Source: Guillardia theta CCMP2712
Lineage: Eukaryota; Protista; Cryptophyta
NCBI RefSeq assembly: GCF_000315625.1
Contig: NW_005434637.1
Span: forward strand, 254,495-318,494
Length of the DNA stretch: 64,000 nt
Reading direction: 5' to 3'
Shown here: positions 57,601-64,000 of the stretch, piece by piece
How the letters are laid out: each line of letters starts with the position of its first letter
How positions within the stretch are numbered: position 1 is the stretch's first letter
Translations under genes and position numbers: made by a program
The notes under the pieces: generated by a model
Seen by the model: only the letters and a program-made list of their open reading frames with translations
Databases searched by the model: none
What the model was told of the DNA's origin: nothing

Positions 57601-59747
57601 GTCATCCTATCAGATCGCCATCTCCTCGGGGCTCCTTCAGCCTAACGCCTCAGTCGTCACTTTCTCCGTCCCGGCGCAGGTCGAGGCCTCCCTCCAGCAG
57701 ATCCAAGAAGTCTGCTCTGCAAACTCGTCCAGCTCGTCTGGCGGCGTGCTGGGGAAGGTCAACATGCAAGGGAACTTGCGGCACAGTGTCAAGAGCGTCC
57801 TCAATGGCGGCGGGCAACACGCGTGTGGAGTGTCGGCTCTGATCACGGGAAGCTGCTTGTCCGCCATGTCGGAGAGTCAGAAGATGAAGTTCACGCACTG
57901 CGCGTTGAGTTTGGATTCGGTCGTCTGCTGCCGTCTCACACCTGACCAGAAAGCGGTGAGGAGGGAGAGAGGAGGGAGGGAGGGAGGGAGGGAGGGAGGG
58001 AGGGAGGGAGGGAGGGAAGGGGGGAGTGGGGGGAGCGAAGAGGGAGGAAGGGAGGACGGCAATGTCAGCATTGAGGTCTTTTCTTGTCGCAGGAGCTGGT
58101 GTCTCTGATCAAGAAGGAGTTCTCATCCATGGTCGATCAAGATGCGGGTGGGCGTGGGAAGACAAGATTTTTCCATCAGACACGCTTGAGAATGTCTCGA
58201 TTCCTCAACAGGATTTCTCCTATCATCCGCAAGAGAGTAAGTTTGTTCGATGTCAGTGATGTCGTCTATCATTGTGGTCTTGTTTCTTCTTTCTCTCGCT
58301 TCTTGTCTTACACGTGCAATTTCTCCCAGCCTGTCATTGCATCCATCGGCGATGGCGCAAACGACGTCGCGATGATACAAGTGAGGGGGAAGGGAGGGGG
58401 GGAGGAAGACGAGTGATGACCGATGGTACCAGACCGCTCATCTTGGGATCGGCATCATAGGAAGGGAGGGAGCGCATGCTGTTCGTGCCTGCGACGTCTC
58501 CGTCGTTTACTTCCGCGACATTCGCCGCTTGTTCTTGTTGCATGGGACATTCTCATACCAGGTGCGATAGATCGTCGCACCCGTCCCATCGCAGTTGCTC
58601 TGCGTACCTCCCTCCTCACATCAACTCCGTCTTGAGCTCGTTTGTTGCCTGACACTGGAGCTCGTTCGCTAACTTGGTGGATCTCACAGAGGAGCGCGCT
58701 CATTGCTCAACTTTCCTTCTTCAAGTCCTGGGCGTTCTGTTTCGGGCAGGTTGAGAGGAACAGCCGCCATGCGTCAATGATTTTGCGGTCCTTCCAGGTC
58801 TTCTTCGCCTACTTCTCGGGGTTTGGAGGAACGAGCATGTACGACCCGTTCAGCATCGCAGCATGTGAGTCTTGACCGGACGGAAGTGAAACATGCGCGG
58901 ATGACGATGATGAATTCTTGATGGAGGAACTCTTCGGAGTTGTTTGTTCACCTTCAGATGTCTTGCGATGTTCCTTTTGTTTGTTCACCTTCAGATGTCT
59001 TGCGATGTTCCTGACACCGGGCGTGGGATGCTGCACGATCTCGATCGCTGACAGCACTTGCAGGCAACGCCCTCTTGTTCATCCCCATCTGCTTCTACGC
59101 GTTCAACCGTCCGATGCCGATGACCGTTGCGCTCCAGGTGAGCATGTCAGCGACTGAGAGGCTGAGCTGACGTCCCAGCAGCGACCGAGCCTGTACGTCT
59201 GCGGATCGAGATGGCAACTCATGAACCTCAAGACTGCAAGGTAGCAGAAGGCTCAACATCCGAGCCGCGAGATGACTGGGAGCGGAGCGGGGCGGGATGG
59301 AGTGGAGTGGGAGGGGAGGGGAGGGGAGGGGAGGGGAGGGGAGGGGAGGGGAGGAGAGGGGAGAGGAAGGGGAGGGGAGTAGGAGAGGAGGGGAGTGGGA
59401 GAGGAGGGGAGAGGGAGTGTTTGTTGTGTTCATTCATACCCGTTGGATTCCAGCACACTCGTGTCTGCTGCTCCTGACATAATCTCAGCGTCTGGTTGCT
59501 ACGTGCCATCTACCAGTCTGCTGTCAGCTATTGGTTGATCGAGACGATCGTCGGTCATCATCATATCAGCAGATCAGGACAACCACTTTGTTATTCGGAG
59601 GTAACTTCCGCTCTCTGTCGCTCCTCCCTCCTTCACCTCTTCACTCCTCCTTCTGTTCTTCTCCTTCTCCTCCTCCCTTCTTTCACTCCTTCCCCGATGC
59701 CGCTCGTCTCCTCTGTTCTAATGATCGCCATCATCATCATCATGATT

Positions 59748-59805
<58 letters not shown>

Positions 59806-60593
59806 CCTCCTCCTCCTCNNNNNNNNNNNNNNNNNNNNNNNNNNNNNNNNNNNNNNNNNNNNNNNNNNNNNNNNNNNNNNNNNNNNNNNNNNNNNNNNNN
59901 NNNNNNNNNNNNNNNNNNGCCCGCCTCGCCTCGTCGCCCCCCCCCTTCCCTTCCTCCTCCTCCTCCTCCTTCTCCTCCTCCTCCTCCTCCTCCTCCTCCT
60001 CCTCCTCCTCCTCCTCCTCCTCCTCCTCCTCCTCGTTCTCCTGCCGTCTCAACCGTATCCTGCTCATCGTCCCCGCAGGTTCTTGCCATGTCCTTCGGTC
60101 TTTTCGGCTCCTTCCTCCTCTACTACCTCTGTGATCAGACCCTGGCGGCTCGATCCCTGGTCGACTTCCACTCCTTGTCAAACTCCTTCCGGGCCCCGGC
60201 CAGCCAGCTCGCACTTCCTGTGAAGCAACCGCCTCTCCTGCGTATCTTCCCTGACTTTCATTGCAGCTCGTTGTGATATCCACCTCGTTTCCTGTGTTTG
60301 CTATCAAATACTGGAATGCAAACTACAACCCTGGTAGACCGACCAGTCTGTTCTTGACTTGTCATGACATTTCCTTGCAGGTCTTCATGAAAGCGGTAGG
60401 AGGGGGATCGGATCGACGTCGCTTGTCACTGAACAGACCACTCTGCTGTGAGCAAGAGGGGAGAGCGGCAGGAGCAACGCCGAGGAGTGTTGATATGTGG
60501 ACACATCCTCTCTCTTCTCACAACACAACAACATCGGCACAACCCGTTGATTTACACGTGTATTCTTTTGATTGCAATGAATCTGAAAGTTGA
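54629..60593 (+). CDS. P4-type ATPase (phospholipid flippase, ALA2-like) with an N-terminal TM2 domain; multi-exon, spans the assembly gap
   Basis: [51 protein letters not shown] (phospho-Asp at 56198), [73 protein letters not shown]. 3' end tentative. Confidence 0.92.
57358..57510. repeat. 78-bp tandem duplication inside a P4-ATPase intron
   Basis: cttcttttccctctttcaactctgacgaattcgtgccttgaattgctgattcttcttgctcgt.. at 57358 and 57436, near-identical. Confidence 0.9.
58941..59012. repeat. 37-bp tandem duplication inside a P4-ATPase intron
   Basis: tgtttgttcaccttcagatgtcttgcgatgttcct at 58941 and 58978. Confidence 0.9.
59819..59918. other. Assembly gap (100 N) flanked by (CTG)n and (CCT)n microsatellites
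   Basis: Run of N in the sequence. Confidence 1.
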
Positions 60594-60608
60594 ACCCTCA
60601 CTGTCTTC

Positions 60609-61983
60609 TTAAAGTCGATCAGGTCTGCAGAGCGACTCAACTTTGTTCTTCACATCTTCACTTCTTGCCTTCTTGCCCAAGATCTGCTCCCGGATTTCAC
60701 AACCCCCACGAGCATCATAAAACAAATCTCACCGTCGCGGTGCAGACCCTCGTTAAGTTTTCCATTCCTCCTCCTCCTCCTCCTCCTCCTCCTCCTCCTC
60801 CTCCTCCTCCTCCGTTATGTACACCCTGTTTGCAGCATCAAGACATCGAGTCAAAATCACTTCCTCCCTCACCTTCTCCATCAGCTTCTCCCAAGTTCTC
60901 TCCGACAGCAAAAGATGTGTTGGCCGCAAAAAGAGCAAACTTGGGAGGAGATCGCTATCGTCCGCTACTCCAACACACCCGCCCATGAAAATGTTGACAA
61001 CAAGAGGAGCAAAACTCTCATCGCAGCAGAGATTGCCCTCCACCACTGTCACCTGCTAGTACCTCAAATTCAACACAAAAACCTCCGCTCTCCTCCCCCC
61101 TGCTCATACTGCTTTCTTCTCCGTTCCATCCCTCCTCCTCTCCCTTAAACCCCTGCTCCCCATAATTGTCCTCATCCCTACCCTCCTCCTCCTCCGCCTC
61201 CTCCTCCTCCTCCTCCTCCTCCTCCTCCTCGCTTGACCTTCGGTTGTCTTCCCGTCGCTGGACACTGAGCAAGTAGCGCGAGCACTTGAGAGCGGAGCAA
61301 GCTCGTGCCCCTGTGGCTGTCCTCCTCCTCCTCCTCCCTTCTCTCCGATGACGACGATCTAGCTGCCACCTGCGTCGCGATCCCATCCCCCACTTCGTTC
61401 ATGCCCCGCAGGTATTCCAGAGTCCAAGTCATCTCAACCTTCGCACGCTCGTGCGGGACTACGTGCACAAACAAGATCCTCTCATGCAGACTGCCTTTCA
61501 GCTCGTACTTCTCCACATCATAAGCGCTGGGTCGATGGAGGAACCGCCATTGCAGCGTCAGCTGCACCAGAATGTCGGAGCATTTCCTGACGTTGATGGT
61601 GAACTCAACAGGGAAGTCTCTGTCCTCGCCTTCAAGCTTGAGCAGCATCGAGTCCATGTCGACCAACGAAGACAAGGAGGAGATGAAGGCGTTTATCCCC
61701 CCCGCTATCATGATGTCTTTCAGTCTCCTCCACCTCTTGCTGGTATGCTCGAGTTCATGCATCGCTATCCCTTCAACCTTTGCAAAACTCGTCATCATTG
61801 AAATCATCGTCATTGTCGTCATTGACATGCTCCACTCCAATCCTTCGTTTTCTCGTTTCTGCTTCTTTGTTTACTATCATCATCATTTGCTCCTTTGCTT
61901 CCTCCGCCTGCTCCTCCGTCTTCCTTCTTGCCATTTCACTTCCTTTCCAATGTTCTATCTCTGACTTGCTTCTCTTCGTCCTT

Positions 61984-62015
<32 letters not shown>

Positions 62016-62870
62016 GCACTTCTCCCGCCTTCCTCTTCATCACAAGTTACCAGCTGCCTCATCTTGTTCGAGTCGATCAGAACAGCACTCACTCCACTTC
62101 TTGACATCGCAAAGACCCACTTGAAACATCATCGCGTGAGTGAAATCCATGCAACACAACAGACAAATGCAACAAAATCTCACATCATGCTGATCTTCAT
62201 ATTCCAGTGTGACAACCGGGATGTTGGTGAAGATACACGACATCACGCAAGCAACAAGATCCCTGGCAGAGTGTCTTTCCATGCAAACTATTCCAACTTT
62301 CCCTCCCCCAGTTTGCAAGAACTAAAATTCAGATGAGAAGAAAAAGACAAGAAAGTGGAAAGCAACTAAACCTGCACTGAGAAGAAGTTTCTGTATTCAA
62401 CACACCGAATGAACACGTTCCTGTACGTCAGCTCCTTACATGAAAACCCTCCCTCATCGCCACCGTCCTTGCTCCTGTTGACAAGCTTGAGCAGCGGTCG
62501 CTGGCTGTATGCTTCGAAGCAGTTCGCCAGCGTCTCTTGGAGGCTCCCTTCGAGCAGACTGGCGGGATCGACGACCTGATGAAGGACTTCCAGCTCGTCG
62601 ACATGAAACTGAACATGCTGGCAGCAGTCGAGGCAAAGATCCATGTCCTGCTCTCCTCTCACCTGCTCCCGCATCCTTGTCACCACCCGCCATGTCGTGA
62701 CATGATCGTACCGGGAGGAAGCGACTTCCGGCTGGAACGATCTTGCGGCATCGACAGCATGCTAGGGCCTTCTTAGACCATTTCCTCTTGCGGGCAGCGT
62801 GCGGGGTGGAGGAGGCAGGGGAGGAGTAGCTCGGTCCATCTGCCCTTCCGCTGGAAGAAGCTTGACCCAT
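60609..62870 (-). CDS. Protein with an N-myristoylation-type start, a degenerate ZZ-like zinc finger and a degenerate AMP-binding (acyl-CoA synthetase/CAR-like) region
   Basis: MGQASS start. CCRCRKIVPAGSRFLP/VRGEQDMDLCLDC. LQETLANCFEAYSQRPLL..ELTYRNV, KVGIV, IPVVTL and LLFLRPTHLLLSERTWEKL resemble adenylate-forming enzyme segments. Confidence 0.55.
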
Positions 62871-63179
62871 AGCAGACCCTTAAGATTTTGGCATGGAAGA
62901 ATGAAGAGAGGAGGGGAGGGGAGAAGACGAGAGTGGGGAAGAAGAGGGGAGAGGAGAGGAGAGGAGAGAAGAGAAGAGATGGGGAGGGGAGAGGACAGGA
63001 CAGGACAGGACAGGACAGGAGGGGAGAGCAGAGGACAGGACAGCAGAGGGGAGCAGAGGGAGCAGAGGAGAGCAGAGGAGGATAGAAGGGGGGAGGGTGA
63101 GGGAGGGGAGGAGATACGAGGAAGGAGATGAGTCTGCTTGCTCGGCCTGGTCGCTTGGAGAAACAGGGCAAAGTTGCAA

Positions 63180-63280
63180 AAACTCAGTGACCTGTCCGTT
63201 CGGCGGCTGGACGGACCCGGGCCCGGTCACCGTCCATGATGGGCCGGCCCGGGCCTGCCCGGACCCTCAGTCACTGAAAC
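63180..63280. repeat. Palindrome-rich GC island
   Basis: tcagtgac...gtcactga inverted repeat enclosing ccgggcccgg and gggccggccc. Confidence 0.6.
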
Positions 63281-63398
63281 AAGGGGATCATCATGGCAGC
63301 GTTAGATGGTCAAGGCTTTTTCGGGCTCGCAAGATGTATCAGGTGATCTACACTGACTTGTATTGAAGTCAAATCATTAAGATGTATTGGCGGCACTA

Positions 63399-63860
63399 CT
63401 ATGATAGTCTCAGCACATGGTCGAAGTCCCGTCGGGGCTGAGCTCGCAGCAGATCTGCCAGTGATAGCACATGGGCCCGTCCACAGAGATGAAGGGAGGG
63501 ATGCGCCTGGTAGACCCTCCCCGTTAGAGCACGAGGAGGAAGGAGGGGGAGAGGAGGAGCTAGACCCTTTGCTGCTAGAGCAAGACGAGGAAGATAGAAG
63601 GAAATGGGTGAGACGAGGAAGGAGGGGGAGGGGGAGGGGGTAGGTAGATCCTTTCCGTTAGAGGAAAGGAAGCCTTGCAGTCGAGAGGAGGGGAAGGTTT
63701 GGAAAGAGAAGGAAGCGAATGGAGGAGGATGGGGAGGTGGAGTAGGGAAGGGGGTCGAGGAAGAGGTTCAAGTCGATCACTTTTGCCGATGGATGGCGAG
63801 CGCGAATGCCAGGCGAGAAAGATTGCTGGCAAGGTGTCTGGGGCAAGTTATCAAAAGAGG
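63399..63860 (-). CDS. Probable 3' exons of a gene that begins beyond the window end
   Basis: Short complex-sequence segments between polypurine intron-like tracts. Frame unresolved. Confidence 0.3.
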
Positions 63861-64000
63861 AGGAGGAGAAGTAGAAAGAGGAAGAAGAGAAGTAGGAGGA
63901 GGAGGAGGAGTAGGAAGAGGAAGAGGAGGAAGAGGAGGAGGAGGAGGAGGAAGAGGAGGAAGAGGAGGAGTAGTAGCAGTAGTAGGAGGAGGAGTAGGAA

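Overview
Gene-dense eukaryotic nuclear DNA with many very short spliceosomal introns (about 40-55 nt), long (CCT)n/(GAG)n and (CCTGCT)n microsatellites that lie mostly in introns, and a 100-N scaffold gap (59819-59918). A bipartite plastid-targeting presequence (signal peptide + 'SA/FAP'), a ciliary transition-zone gene (CC2D2A) and the intron style suggest a flagellated alga with a complex red plastid, most likely a cryptophyte such as Guillardia (inference). About 25 protein genes can be reconstructed by hand-splicing. Recognisable ones include a TPR protein, an LCM-family methyltransferase, a HECT E3 ligase, PCF11, a TPR-GT41 (OGT/SPY-like) protein, a SPRY protein, CC2D2A, MED11, a PA-PNGase F protein, two PDZ proteins, a CCDC177-like coiled coil, WD40, RCC1, an ARM-TIR protein and a P4-ATPase. 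The strongest find is invisible in the ORF track because it is split into tiny exons. It is a minus-strand gene (about 41476-39400) encoding signal peptide-[EF-hand, EF-hand, SAM]x2-TM, i.e. a STIM-like luminal Ca2+ sensor with a tandem-duplicated EF-SAM module and four canonical-looking EF loops, possibly continuing into an AN1-type zinc-finger tail. Other notable items are an in-frame TM2-domain/P4-ATPase fusion, an ARM-TIR protein with Gln at the catalytic Glu position, a membrane-anchored bacterial-type PNGase F, and a recurring intergenic pattern of palindrome-rich GC islands next to G-run blocks. All exon structures are manual predictions without transcript data.
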